Virus record (IMG/VR): IMGVR_UViG_2681812962_000001
Coordinates: 1-64,000 of that record
DNA: 64,000 nucleotides
Origin: a virus
Lineage: Duplodnaviria; Caudoviricetes
Reading direction: 5' to 3' (one strand)
The position numbers were made by a program, and so were the translations under genes. The notes under the pieces are model-generated. The model was not told where the DNA came from and did not search any database. It was given only the letters and a program-made list of their open reading frames with translations. Below, one piece after another: positions 20,611 to 30,557 of the stretch. Positions within the stretch are counted from its first letter, which is position 1. Each line of letters opens with the position of its first letter.

Positions 20611-22263
20611 ACCGATGATGTTTCCAGATTCACGTGTAGATGCTCCAATAGCTGTTGTATAGCCTAACAATTCATCTAAATCTGCACCAAATACGGAGGC
20701 TGTAGATCCAGCACGTCTTATGGATTGAGATAGGTCTAAAGAACTTACTGAGAACTGATTATCAACTTCGTTAATTCGATCAATTATAGATTCACTGTCC
20801 TTAGCTGCAATATTAAAATTGGTCATTGCGGCAGTGATAGACTTAACTGAATCTTCAGGAGAAAGTTCCCCTATATTCTGAAGAATCTGTGCTGACTCGG
20901 CTAAATCAGCCAATTGATCTCCTTCATAGCCTAATCTCCCAAATTCCCCCATCATTGTGAGTACATCTGGAAGAGTGTTTCCTAATTGTATACTTAAATC
21001 AATGGACTCGCTCAGTAAAGTGTTGAATTGGGAATCCGGTATATCCATTACACGTCTAATGTTGGTCATTAATGTGTCGACTTCTACAATTTGTTCTGTG
21101 ATATTACGAAAAGCGTTTAACGATCCATATATTGAAGTCATTGCTACGCCCCAAGTGACGGTGCGGGCTAGGGCAGTCTGTAATTCTTGACCAAACGTAT
21201 TTACATGTGAAGCAGCAGTATTAACGTTTGATGATATCTCCTTGAATTCCATATTAAGAGATTTCATTTGCTGGCTAACATTAGGGGTCTTAGCTGAAAG
21301 CGAGTTAACGGAGTTAAGGTAGTTGTTTAATCCAGCTTGGCCGTCAGGTCCTATAGCGGAGCTAAAACGTCTCTCAAGATTCTGTACATTTACTGCAGCT
21401 TGACGTTTGTAGAGCTCTAGCTGTTTCTCTAGCTCACGAGTACGTTGTCTAGCTTTTGAATCGTCATCTAGTTGAGAGATGAGCTGTCGAACTATTTCTA
21501 TATCCTGTAGAGTATCAGCAATATTAATTGCATTAGACAATTTAGACAGAGTTGTAGCGGATACTTCGCCTTGCTGTTTTAATGACTTAAGTTGAGTCTC
21601 TAGCTGCTGAACAGCTTTTCTGCGCTTGTCTATATTATCAGTGGTACGGATAGAGGAGATATTTCCTTCGCGATCAGTGTTATATGTAATATCTTCATAG
21701 TTTAATCTGTTTTTTTGTTGACCGCCAAGATAATTTCCAGTGGCATCACGTTTTTCTGTTTTAGAGAGTGTTTGACCGTATTTAGTAATTTGGTCTTGAG
21801 CCACTTTCGCTGCCTGAGCTTGTTTTTGAAGAGCTTGCGTCTGCTCATTAACAAATCTGGTGGACTTTTGAAGAATTTCTCCATTTTGTTTGTGCTGCAT
21901 GCTCGTTTTCTCAGTCGTTCCGTCCAATTTCTTTGTGACTGTGATTTGCTCTTCAATTACTTTATTAAGATCTTTGGCACTCTTAACATGGCCGTCTATG
22001 GATTTTGTAAATCCGTTTAGCACTTTCTCTACTTGCTTATCCATAATTACGTCTAACTTGATTGGCTTGAGTTGTTTCTGAAAGGAGGCAATTTGCTTAT
22101 TAATTTCGGAAATAGAGGATTTGGAGATATCAATTTCAGATTTAATATTCAGGGCTTTAGCTTTACCTTGGAGGAGCTTAATATCTTGATTAAGCTGGTT
22201 AGTAGCTTGTCTACTGGTATCAGCAGAAGGGGAGAGTATTATTTTCAAATCTTCACTCAACAT
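20611..22263 (-). CDS. yomI: Tape measure protein exon 1 (551 codons)
   Basis: MLSEDLKIILSPSADTS resembles the YomI N-terminus; TP901-type TMP core ending ..TRESGNIIG. Confidence 0.9.
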
Positions 22264-22273
22264 GTATCACATC
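22231..22273 (-). repeat. Direct repeat copy 1 (TMP RBS/start region)
   Basis: 38/43 identical to 24944-24986. Confidence 0.8.
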
Positions 22274-22301
22274 CTTTCAGTATTAGCATAGATAATTTAT
22301 T

Positions 22302-22342
22302 ACAAAACAAAAGCACATTCATTAGGGGATGTGCTTTTGTTT
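22302..22342. terminator. Bidirectional intrinsic terminator after the nuclease gene
   Basis: ACAAAAGCACAT..ATGTGCTTTTGT inverted repeat. Confidence 0.7.
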
Positions 22343-22420
22343 GCTAAAGTTTCAAATATAATTTCCAATTACTTAAGCTTTTTTAATACTGCTTGAACAA
22401 TATCGCTATTGAGCTCCATA

Positions 22421-24655
22421 TCATATGATACGGGGTGAGGGAATGATGCTATGCTTTTTCAATTTTGTTTTTAGTCCTAACATATCTTTCTTCATATCCT
22501 CTGGGTACAAATCTACAAGTGGAATATTGTTTTCTCTTAAGATTCTAATTTTCTTTTCCATTCTTCTACGATAGGATTCTTTGTCTGACATTCCAAAGTA
22601 TTCGACTGGTATTCCATTAATGACCCAATCAGTTTTCATCATGCCCAATCTAGGATCATCGACGATTTCTTTATAAAGCGTCGCTTTCTGATATTCTATG
22701 CCCTCATCTATAAGATAGTTTGTAATAGCTAGTTCCTTCTTTGAATCGCAAATATCGCCATTTTTACTAATGCAAGAGAAAGACTTGCCATACAAAGATT
22801 GATTAGGCGTTAAACCAGCTTCCATACATGCCGCTGAATAAGAATCAAAGTATCTAAAGTATGACATTGCTCCACAAGACATATGTTGATTAACTTCATC
22901 AATACTTGGGGTTTTTTCAAGTTCTTTTGATAGTTCTACCAAATTTTCAATAAGCTCTAATTTTATTTCTGATTTGAGTTTATCTGAATATACTTCTTTG
23001 TTCTTTTTTAATTCTAGTGTGTCATTAGCCATACTGTTAATTGAGATAGCAGATCTTTCAGGAAACAGCTTTAATAATTCAGTTATCGTACTCGTTGGAT
23101 ACACTTCTTTAAGTGTAATAACATCCTGATTAGACCAGGGTATCCTATTATTTATACCAAGTTTAGATGCTTTGGTGTTTATAGAGTAGGGAGATCTGTG
23201 AGGAAGTTTTTCAATAACAGCCCTAGTGCCACCTGAAATATATAATTGCCTTAGCACCTCGAGTTCATGTGTTGTCCAATGGTAATTTTCCCTCCTCAAA
23301 CCTAGTTGAGAGGCTTTATGCAAGATAGTATCCTTACTATGGGAGAGATAGTCTAGCAAATCTTCCCAATCCAATTGACTGTAGTTAACCTTTAAGAAAT
23401 TAATTTCCTCTTGAGTCCAGTCGTTATGCTTGTAGCATCCTAGCATCCTTAATCTATTTTGAACGGCAGAAGTACTTGTAAAATTGTATTTAGACCTAAT
23501 TTCTTCATATGGGAGAGCGTTTTCGAAGTCATTAATTAATTCTTGGTCTGTATACTGTACAAACCTGTTCTCTTGTCCTTTAGGTAGTGGTAACTCAAGC
23601 AGCTTGCACAAGTTCGCTAAATTGCCAAAATGTTTTTTGATCGCTCGATATTCATAATCTTTAAAGTCTGACATGGCTAAGGGTCTTTGCAATCGTAAGT
23701 AATTATCATAAACGATTTGTTTTATTTCGTTCGTATTTAAATTATCATGTCCATACCTATACTCGTAAGAAACAGTAAGACCTAGTGAGTTAGCTTTGTG
23801 GCGTATGGTACTTTCAGACCTAGGTATCATTAATTTCTCATTAATAAGTTTGATATCGTTAAAGGCATAGTACTTTCTTAAAACATTCTCGTCATGTTTG
23901 TACCAGCCGTTAGCAGATAATAAATTAAGCTCTTTTAGGAAATTGTCGTAAGAGCCGCATAATCTTATAAAAGGAGCAACTGTGGGTAGTAATGGATCAT
24001 TTTTTAGGTCTGAAGCAGTGGGGTACCTTTTGTTGATAACTAAGTAATCCCAAAATATACGTTCAAGAGTTTCACGGTCATATGTAATCTTCGTATATTG
24101 TTCCATGTTTTTATCGCAAGTACACTTTGGGTTGTATCTTAAATTTCTGTGCATTTTCTCTATGATGCTGCCGCAGGTGCAGATAATTACTAGAGGTGTG
24201 CTAACTAAATCAACTATCATACTTTTATTTAGTACCTTGAATCCTTTTTTACTCAATTCATTAACAGCTTGAGAAATCGGATTTCTTAGCTTCTTTTGTT
24301 TTCCACAGTCTCGACAGTAGGGACGATTAGGCAACTTGTTAATTGACTGAAAACATATTTTTCCACATGAACATTGAAATTTCATTTTAGTCTTACTATC
24401 CACATATTTGTCTTCAAGTAAACTAAGATCATAGGTTGCAAATCTTTGTTTAGCGACCGATATATCCATTTTATTGTGAGCTTTTAATGGTTTGGTTGTT
24501 TGTCTTCTGTCTCTGCGCAAACCTAATGTATGTGCTTTTTTAGCTATTGAACTCCAATTTCTATGTACAGATAAAGAAGAAATTATCTCCTCTTGACTTG
24601 CGCAACAAAATTTCTCTTGTAAAATTGCTATATCTGATTCATTCCATGCAGCCAG
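22421..24655 (-). CDS. Free-standing homing-endonuclease-like protein: Myb/SANT-like repeats, Zn ribbons, endonuclease-associated repeats, C-terminal PD-(D/E)XK/Vsr-like nuclease; probable CTG start
   Basis: Five W(T/S)xxExxxL..R(S)xxxIxxKAxxLGL-type repeats; CxCG ribbons; PTxxD..FGSY-type repeats; C-terminal SKKE..TDW..VEYFG; RBS AGGGAG is 9 nt from CTG but 0 nt from the ORF-track TTG. Confidence 0.7.
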   Translation of the reverse strand: MAAWNESDIAILQEKFCCASQEEIISSLSVHRNWSSIAKKAHTLGLRRDRRQTTKPLKAHNKMDISVAKQRFATYDLSLLEDKYVDSKTKMKFQCSCGKICFQSINKLPNRPYCRDCGKQKKLRNPISQAVNELSKKGFKVLNKSMIVDLVSTPLVIICTCGSIIEKMHRNLRYNPKCTCDKNMEQYTKITYDRETLERIFWDYLVINKRYPTASDLKNDPLLPTVAPFIRLCGSYDNFLKELNLLSANGWYKHDENVLRKYYAFNDIKLINEKLMIPRSESTIRHKANSLGLTVSYEYRYGHDNLNTNEIKQIVYDNYLRLQRPLAMSDFKDYEYRAIKKHFGNLANLCKLLELPLPKGQENRFVQYTDQELINDFENALPYEEIRSKYNFTSTSAVQNRLRMLGCYKHNDWTQEEINFLKVNYSQLDWEDLLDYLSHSKDTILHKASQLGLRRENYHWTTHELEVLRQLYISGGTRAVIEKLPHRSPYSINTKASKLGINNRIPWSNQDVITLKEVYPTSTITELLKLFPERSAISINSMANDTLELKKNKEVYSDKLKSEIKLELIENLVELSKELEKTPSIDEVNQHMSCGAMSYFRYFDSYSAACMEAGLTPNQSLYGKSFSCISKNGDICDSKKELAITNYLIDEGIEYQKATLYKEIVDDPRLGMMKTDWVINGIPVEYFGMSDKESYRRRMEKKIRILRENNIPLVDLYPEDMKKDMLGLKTKLKKHSIIPSPRII

Positions 24656-24943
24656 TTTTAACAACTCCCTAATATTGTTCCACTTATATTAATGCCAGGA
24701 AGGAGGTAGGGAATTTCCTATTTAGATTAAGTAGTTAATTCAATCCAATCCTTTCCCTATAAATCAGTATAATTATGATTTATTTATTTGCAAAAGAAAA
24801 ATGAGAATATTATCCATATTTAAATCTACGCCTTAACTTATATGAGATGTAGAACTTAAACACGGATTATTTCAAAAGAGAAGAGGGATTTTACATTAGA
24901 ACATATTAACTATAATAATATTATCGTTAATGTCATCAAAGGA

Positions 24944-24986
24944 GGAGAGTATATTTTTTAAATCTTCACTCAAAATTTATCACATC
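24944..24986 (-). repeat. Direct repeat copy 2 (relic TMP start, opens 25-codon ORF MSEDLKNILS..)
   Basis: 38/43 identical to 22231-22273. Confidence 0.8.
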
Positions 24987-25009
24987 GAAACAAACAAAAA
25001 TACAACCAC

Positions 25010-25651
25010 TTAAGATGCGGTTGTGTTTTTGTTCATCGCAATTTTAAATATACCTTCCCATTGTTCAAGTTTTTTTAGCACTGCTTGAACGACTTCGCCA
25101 TTCTTTGGGAACCCTTTTTCTTGTGGAGATCCAGGTATGAGGGAGGGGAGGAATTCTACATATAGAACAGGCTTTTCGACGTCTGCGGTATTAATTTTTA
25201 GAGTTGCTTTTTTAATTAGCTCGTCATGCCTTCGATCAGAGGATAGACCGCCTATAATGGCACCAACACCTCCAGCAATTACCCCACCAATTAGAGCTCC
25301 ACCAATTTGCTGAGTACGGGAGACTTTTGATACTGTTTCACCATTTAATTCAAATGAAGCATCCAAAACTTTGTCAGCCGAAAAGGAATACTCTTGAATA
25401 GTGCTACTGGAAGTTCTCTGGTAATACTTAAATAAGTTCACATCTTTATTGTAAGCAATTTTAGTTTGACCATCTAAGCCAGGGAAAAAGAGATCGCCAT
25501 GAAACTCTTTATCATATTCAGCCATATGATTTAACACTGCATCTTGTTCTTCACTTTTTCTTTTAGAGTGTTTTCTCATTGCTGCAACAATAGCCAGCCA
25601 GATACCAAATATTATTACCCACCACAGTATGGCTATAATAAACACCACCAT
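25010..25651 (-). CDS. yomJ: Membrane-anchored YomJ-like protein (putative immunity/exclusion moron) with own promoter
   Basis: N-terminal TM; SKVS..GGVIAGGVGAIIGGLS..TLKI..KPVLYVEFLP resembles SPbeta YomJ; upstream TGnTATAAT. Confidence 0.7.
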   Translation of the reverse strand: MVVFIIAILWWVIIFGIWLAIVAAMRKHSKRKSEEQDAVLNHMAEYDKEFHGDLFFPGLDGQTKIAYNKDVNLFKYYQRTSSSTIQEYSFSADKVLDASFELNGETVSKVSRTQQIGGALIGGVIAGGVGAIIGGLSSDRRHDELIKKATLKINTADVEKPVLYVEFLPSLIPGSPQEKGFPKNGEVVQAVLKKLEQWEGIFKIAMNKNTTAS

Positions 25652-25774
25652 ATATTTTTTTGTATATTATACCATAGATTGGGAGAAGTGGGAAAACTGA
25701 CTTCACACTATAATTTTGATAAAGATGTAAAAATCAACCAAGGACATGGCTTTGAATAAAAGAGAGATTTTATA

Positions 25775-26788
25775 TTAAAACATATCAGCAACATCATCAT
25801 CATCGTCATTTAAATTATAGAAGTTATTAGTGGTACTAGAATCTTTGTGACCAAGTAATTTCTGTGCTTTGGTTAACTTTCCGTCAGAATCCTTAATTAG
25901 ATGGGAAGATCGACTAGCTCGGACGATATGAGGGTTTACGCGTCTTCCAATAATGTCCGAGATGATTTCTTTAAACCAGTAGTTAACTGCAGAAGCATGT
26001 AATGGCTGGTATTCGTTATTTTGTTTGGACACAAATATGAATTCGCAATTATCTTCACCTCTATGTTCAAGCCACAACTTTATATGTCCCATAGCTTCAT
26101 CTGAGAGGAGGAGAGGTCTAAGTAATCCTTGCTCACCTTTGCCTTTAGTTCTGACATCATGGGTTCTGTACGCGCCAACGCTATTACCAACTTTGTCTTT
26201 GAGGGGCTCATATGAGATAATTTCCTTCTTCAACTGAACGAACTCTGATCGTCTTGATCCTGTATCATATAGCACGCTGAAAGCAGCTAAAATTTGATAT
26301 TGCTCAGCTTCTAATAAAGCATCTTTTACATTTTGGATTTCTACTTTTGTGAGAGGAACTTTACTGTAGACTTTATTAGGGGAGGGGTTAGGCACACCTT
26401 CTATGAAGTTTCTAAATGTGAGGAAGTTGTCGTCATCCTCGTAAAAGTTTAAGAGGTATTTATTCATAGAAGAAACGGCAGAACGCTTAAACTTAATTCC
26501 ATTGGAAGACATTCCTCTACGGACTAAGTAGTTCTGATATCTCATGAATTCTTTCTTTTTAATCTTGTATACTTCTTTGCCACCTAAAGCTTCTTGAACC
26601 CAACTGTAGAAAATTCTTAGTCCAGATTTATATTGGTCTAAAGTTTTAGGGGAGAGATGTACTGATTCGTAAAGATATTCTTCAACTAATTCACGGTTAA
26701 AAGGATTGACCCTCGACCACTGTTCGTCTGTAACTTCATCTATTTTCTTCGCTCTTTCACGAAGCATATTTTTCTTAATGTCAGCCAA
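25775..26788 (-). CDS. yomM: Tyrosine recombinase (XerD/integrase family) inside the tail operon
   Basis: Complete catalytic set: TGSRRSE, TKGK, PHIVR, LLGH, NFY. Confidence 0.88.
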   Translation of the reverse strand: MADIKKNMLRERAKKIDEVTDEQWSRVNPFNRELVEEYLYESVHLSPKTLDQYKSGLRIFYSWVQEALGGKEVYKIKKKEFMRYQNYLVRRGMSSNGIKFKRSAVSSMNKYLLNFYEDDDNFLTFRNFIEGVPNPSPNKVYSKVPLTKVEIQNVKDALLEAEQYQILAAFSVLYDTGSRRSEFVQLKKEIISYEPLKDKVGNSVGAYRTHDVRTKGKGEQGLLRPLLLSDEAMGHIKLWLEHRGEDNCEFIFVSKQNNEYQPLHASAVNYWFKEIISDIIGRRVNPHIVRASRSSHLIKDSDGKLTKAQKLLGHKDSSTTNNFYNLNDDDDDVADMF

Positions 26789-26806
26789 TAATCATCACCA
26801 ACTTTA

Positions 26807-27223
26807 TTACTTAGTTTTAATTCCCATGCTGTTTAAATCCTTAGCTAAGGCACTAACCAAGCGGCCATCTTCCAAATTACGTCTAGTGTTTGCCATGAAT
26901 GGCCTAGGCTGCTCATAGCTATATCCAAAGCCTTGAAATTGATATTTCTCACCAGTTTCGACTACAGTAGCAACATCTCTGTATCCATCTACTCTAACGT
27001 TATCTAAAGAAACTCCATTGGCCTCGTTCTCAGTGACAAAAGATTTTTTTAATTCCCCAGTACGCTGATACCGCTGGGGCTCATAAGCGTTATATACGTC
27101 TTGCTGCACATGTTGGTCACCAGTTTCAACCATGACTTGCTTAACGTTGCTGTTTGTTTGTTGCATGGCGTTAATAGCAGCTTTTTCAATCATAGCTTGA
27201 ATCTGAACCATATTCTTGGCCAT
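26807..27223 (-). CDS. yomN: Tail component (HK97 gp10-like neck/tail completion)
   Basis: YQRTGEL, VETG, QPRPFMANT motifs; synteny. Confidence 0.7.
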   Translation of the reverse strand: MAKNMVQIQAMIEKAAINAMQQTNSNVKQVMVETGDQHVQQDVYNAYEPQRYQRTGELKKSFVTENEANGVSLDNVRVDGYRDVATVVETGEKYQFQGFGYSYEQPRPFMANTRRNLEDGRLVSALAKDLNSMGIKTK

Positions 27224-27226
27224 CAG

Positions 27227-27712
27227 TTACTCGCCTTCTGTTTGAACTTCTTCTTCCAATTCGACAACTTTCTGAACAAGATCTTCTAGCTTTTGCTGAT
27301 CCATATTTTTCAGTTCAACCAATTGTCTGTCAATTGAATCCATCATTTTTACCACACGTTGGTAACTTTCCTTGGGAAAGGCCTCAAGAATAAGAGGGTA
27401 GATATCCGAGTTTCTAATTTGAAGGTAAGTATTAAACTTATTTTTTAAGTGTGAAGAGATCTCCAGATCAGCAAATGTTTTAATAATCATGAAAAATAAC
27501 CATTCTTGGCGACCTACGGATGCTAGATCAATCTTTTCTGCTTTTGCTTGTTCAAAGTCAGTAAGAAATTCAATGAGCATCTCTTTTACTTTAGTAGGAG
27601 AGAAGAGTGGATAAATGAAAGCATGTACATCTTCAGTAAGCTGTACTTTTTCTTTTTTGTCATACTTCTTAGCATCGCTTTTCAACAACTGTAGCGTTAA
27701 TTTCTTTGACAT
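27227..27712 (-). CDS. yomO: Putative tail assembly chaperone
   Basis: MSKKLTL..IYPLFSPTK; between major tail gene and TMP. Confidence 0.6.
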   Translation of the reverse strand: MSKKLTLQLLKSDAKKYDKKEKVQLTEDVHAFIYPLFSPTKVKEMLIEFLTDFEQAKAEKIDLASVGRQEWLFFMIIKTFADLEISSHLKNKFNTYLQIRNSDIYPLILEAFPKESYQRVVKMMDSIDRQLVELKNMDQQKLEDLVQKVVELEEEVQTEGE

Positions 27713-27912
27713 ATATAATTTCCTCCTTAAAAATCCAAATGAAAGGAGAGGGGGAGACCCCTCTCAATTATTCAACTGTTTCTTCTACAGCAATAGGTTC
27801 TGAATCTTGAACTGACTCAGCAGGTTCAGTTACTTCTGGTTCAGGTTCTGGCTCTGGCTCTGGTGTAGCCACAGGCTCTGGCTCAGTAGTTACTGGCTCG
27901 ACTGTGGCATCC

Positions 27913-27918
27913 TTAGGG
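27913..27918 (-). other. Programmed +1 ribosomal frameshift site CCC-UAA
   Basis: Same signal as SPP1 gp17.1/17.1*; +1 frame continues 48 codons to 27768, then a terminator. Confidence 0.72.
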
Positions 27919-28635
27919 AGTAGTGGAGCGTGGAACTTCGAAGAAGCGACCAATCTTATTGTCTTCGGTCATTGCGTTAAAGTTTAGCTCTGGTGTTAGA
28001 GGTGTACCGTTCTCGAGAGAAAGTTCGACTGCCCCGGAAGGAACAACGTTATCAAACTGAACATATAGATCACTTACTACAGCATTGGTATCTGGATTAT
28101 AAGTGATAGTACGGTATTCCACTTCATAGGACTCAGAGAACTTATCTGCTGCAATTTCAACAAGTTTACCGGTTGCTTCAACCTTGTAAATTGCTTTCAG
28201 ACGTTCCCCTTGTTCAGCAAAGTCAACAGGGATAGTACCATCTGCAGCTACCTTCTTATTCACACCATCTAGGTTAGTAAAAACAACTTCTCCTTCTGCT
28301 GGAACTTCACTCAATGTGAAGGCTCCTGCATCTCCAACCGTTACAGTTTCGATTTTGTTAACCAAAGCCTTGCCGTCACGTTCAACAGCAACACCTTGAG
28401 TCATTGCGAGCCATTCTAGGTCGAACAACGCGTTTCGTACTGCAAGAGAAACCTCTTTAGCACTACGGATTAGAGCGATATCGCGGTTACCAATACCACC
28501 TTTAAGCCGTTCTTCTGTCACAGCCTGAGAGATAGATGCCATCTGCGCCTCAGTTGTGAATACGATGTGGCCATCTCTTTTACGCTTAAACGTTACGTCA
28601 GCTGTATCAGAGATAACAGTTTTGTTAATAGACAT
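27913..28635 (-). CDS. yomU: Major tail tube protein (240 aa), with a predicted +1 frameshift product of 288 aa ending at 27768
   Basis: KTVISDTADVTFKRK..LKGGIGN; ends CCC TAA with an open +1 frame. Confidence 0.8.
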   Translation of the reverse strand: MSINKTVISDTADVTFKRKRDGHIVFTTEAQMASISQAVTEERLKGGIGNRDIALIRSAKEVSLAVRNALFDLEWLAMTQGVAVERDGKALVNKIETVTVGDAGAFTLSEVPAEGEVVFTNLDGVNKKVAADGTIPVDFAEQGERLKAIYKVEATGKLVEIAADKFSESYEVEYRTITYNPDTNAVVSDLYVQFDNVVPSGAVELSLENGTPLTPELNFNAMTEDNKIGRFFEVPRSTTP

Positions 28636-28684
28636 TTAGTTTCCTCCTTGTAAAATGCATATAAAAAGACAGCTATTAGCTGTC

Positions 28685-29404
28685 TTAAAAAGCTTTCTTA
28701 ATTTCATTGAACTGACCTTGAGATAGCTCATGTCTTTCTTCCTGGTAAAGATCAATGTGTTTTGACCAACTGTCAATTTTCATTTTTTCGGCAGATACAG
28801 TCGCAAATAGGGTGGCTGTTTCGTAAGCAAATCCCTGTGCGATACGCTGATACTCCATGAAAAACTGATAGATGGTCAAGTTGGCTATCGCATTATATGA
28901 AGGCTTACTACCAAACACAGAAATACTAGTTGCCATATCAGAGAACGAAATCATCTCAGCATCTTGAGCTTTTACACGCTTACTTCTCTCCCAGGCTCGT
29001 TGAATCTCTGGGTTAGGGTTAATTAACTCTTCTTTCATGCAATTCATTCTCATGACCAACTGTCTTATTTGTTGAAAGTTATCCTCGCTGATCCGATTCA
29101 TGATAGTGTCATCATTGAAAACATGACTGAAGACTTCTGAATAAGCTTCATTGAAAGAAGGTAAATTGCCGCTAATCTGAAACAAAGTTACTCGATCATC
29201 TTGAAAGACTTCTATGAGCATATCATGTTTGCCTGTTTTATTGTCTTTGTGAAGCTCGTTGATAATCTCTAATTTACTCATTTTTACGTAATTCATGAAG
29301 GGCTGTAAGCGGGGGTAATCTTCTACTTTAATAAAGTGGCAAGTGCCTATATCGGTTTCTATCGGCATCCCTAAGATGAAATACTCCTCATTGTACCGTT
29401 CCAT
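28685..29404 (-). CDS. yomV: Conserved SPbeta-like virion protein
   Basis: YFILGMPIETDIG..TLFATVS..IDSWSKHIDL; synteny. Confidence 0.7.
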   Translation of the reverse strand: MERYNEEYFILGMPIETDIGTCHFIKVEDYPRLQPFMNYVKMSKLEIINELHKDNKTGKHDMLIEVFQDDRVTLFQISGNLPSFNEAYSEVFSHVFNDDTIMNRISEDNFQQIRQLVMRMNCMKEELINPNPEIQRAWERSKRVKAQDAEMISFSDMATSISVFGSKPSYNAIANLTIYQFFMEYQRIAQGFAYETATLFATVSAEKMKIDSWSKHIDLYQEERHELSQGQFNEIKKAF

Positions 29405-29907
29405 TATTGACCCGACCCAAACTGAAAGACGTTACTGTAACCTACGAATTCACTAGGTAAGTTAGCGATTTGGCCACCTCCAGCATCCTTTGTTTTATTG
29501 ATACCGGCCACGTTTTGATGCAGGAGTAGCTGACAAATCCGGTCTGTAATTCTCATAGTGCGAAAATCTTCGTTTTCATAATCACTGTGAGCAATAACAT
29601 CGAATATGATCTGCTTAGTGCTGTACTTGTCATTGTTTACATCTGCAGCTCTTCGACCCATATAAAACATTAGTCTGCATTGAGGTGTGGTTAAATCGCT
29701 AGTGACCTTAGTTTTTTTAATAGACTTTTTAATAATATTCCATTTTGTCTCTTCATCCATTTCAGTAATGTTAGGCAGGTCTTCTGAGAGGGGATCAGGC
29801 TGGGTGTTAAATAAATCTTCAGGGGGATAGTGTAGGAGTCTTAAAAGAGATTCATCGCTACTTAAAGTGTTATAGATATCAGCAAGCATACTATAATTCA
29901 TTTCCAT
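29404..29907 (-). CDS. yomW: Putative tail terminator/completion protein
   Basis: LLRLLHY..DPLS..CRLMFY; synteny. Confidence 0.65.
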   Translation of the reverse strand: MEMNYSMLADIYNTLSSDESLLRLLHYPPEDLFNTQPDPLSEDLPNITEMDEETKWNIIKKSIKKTKVTSDLTTPQCRLMFYMGRRAADVNNDKYSTKQIIFDVIAHSDYENEDFRTMRITDRICQLLLHQNVAGINKTKDAGGGQIANLPSEFVGYSNVFQFGSGQ

Positions 29908-30557
29908 TAGGAGTTCACCATCCTTTTAGCGTAGATGATGAGTATACCTTTTTCATTAATAACCTTTGTTCTATCAATCCCTACAAATTGATAATTCTGA
30001 CCGTAGAATTCATGAATTTTGCCTTCTTCTAGATCAGAATGAACCTTGTAAGGCATCGTAATAGATAAATCAGAATCAGGAACATTGATAGGCTTGCCAT
30101 CAGTAAAGGATGGAGCTGATACGCTAATGTAGCAAGGATGACTAGTTGACTCACCTTTAATAATCTTATACTGAGGTTCTTTAAGTTTGTTGTAGCCCAA
30201 TAATATTTTTTCGTCCTTACCAGCCAATGAAAATTCGTTATTGCAAAGGTATATCATTGCCTTTTTATAAGTACGATAGTTTTCTGGCAAAGTGACTACT
30301 AACCAACTTTCTTCCGAAGTGAGCACGACACTGCCTCTATTAATCTCATCAGGACGACCATATATATACTTACCCATTCCATCTACATTATTGAATTTGG
30401 ACTTAAGTAGGATTCTACTTTCTGCACCATCAATTAGGGCGCTTTGAGAGTCATATCCATTTAAGGCCATTTCAACAATTTTACTAGAATCGTGTAGCAT
30501 CTTTTCTTCTACAGTAACCTCGTGGTAGTTAGAGTAATCCCTTATTTTCATCACCAC
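29907..30557 (-). CDS. yomX: Putative head closure protein
   Basis: Synteny; RGSVV..WLV..CN motif. Confidence 0.6.
   Translation of the reverse strand: MVMKIRDYSNYHEVTVEEKMLHDSSKIVEMALNGYDSQSALIDGAESRILLKSKFNNVDGMGKYIYGRPDEINRGSVVLTSEESWLVVTLPENYRTYKKAMIYLCNNEFSLAGKDEKILLGYNKLKEPQYKIIKGESTSHPCYISVSAPSFTDGKPINVPDSDLSITMPYKVHSDLEEGKIHEFYGQNYQFVGIDRTKVINEKGILIIYAKRMVNS

Noticed and set aside
25775-26788. YomM as the prophage integrase with a nearby att site
   Set aside because: Internal to the tail operon as in SPbeta, which integrates via a serine recombinase; no host junction nearby
27768-27953. 61-aa ORF as a stand-alone gene
   Set aside because: No RBS; better explained as the +1 frameshift extension
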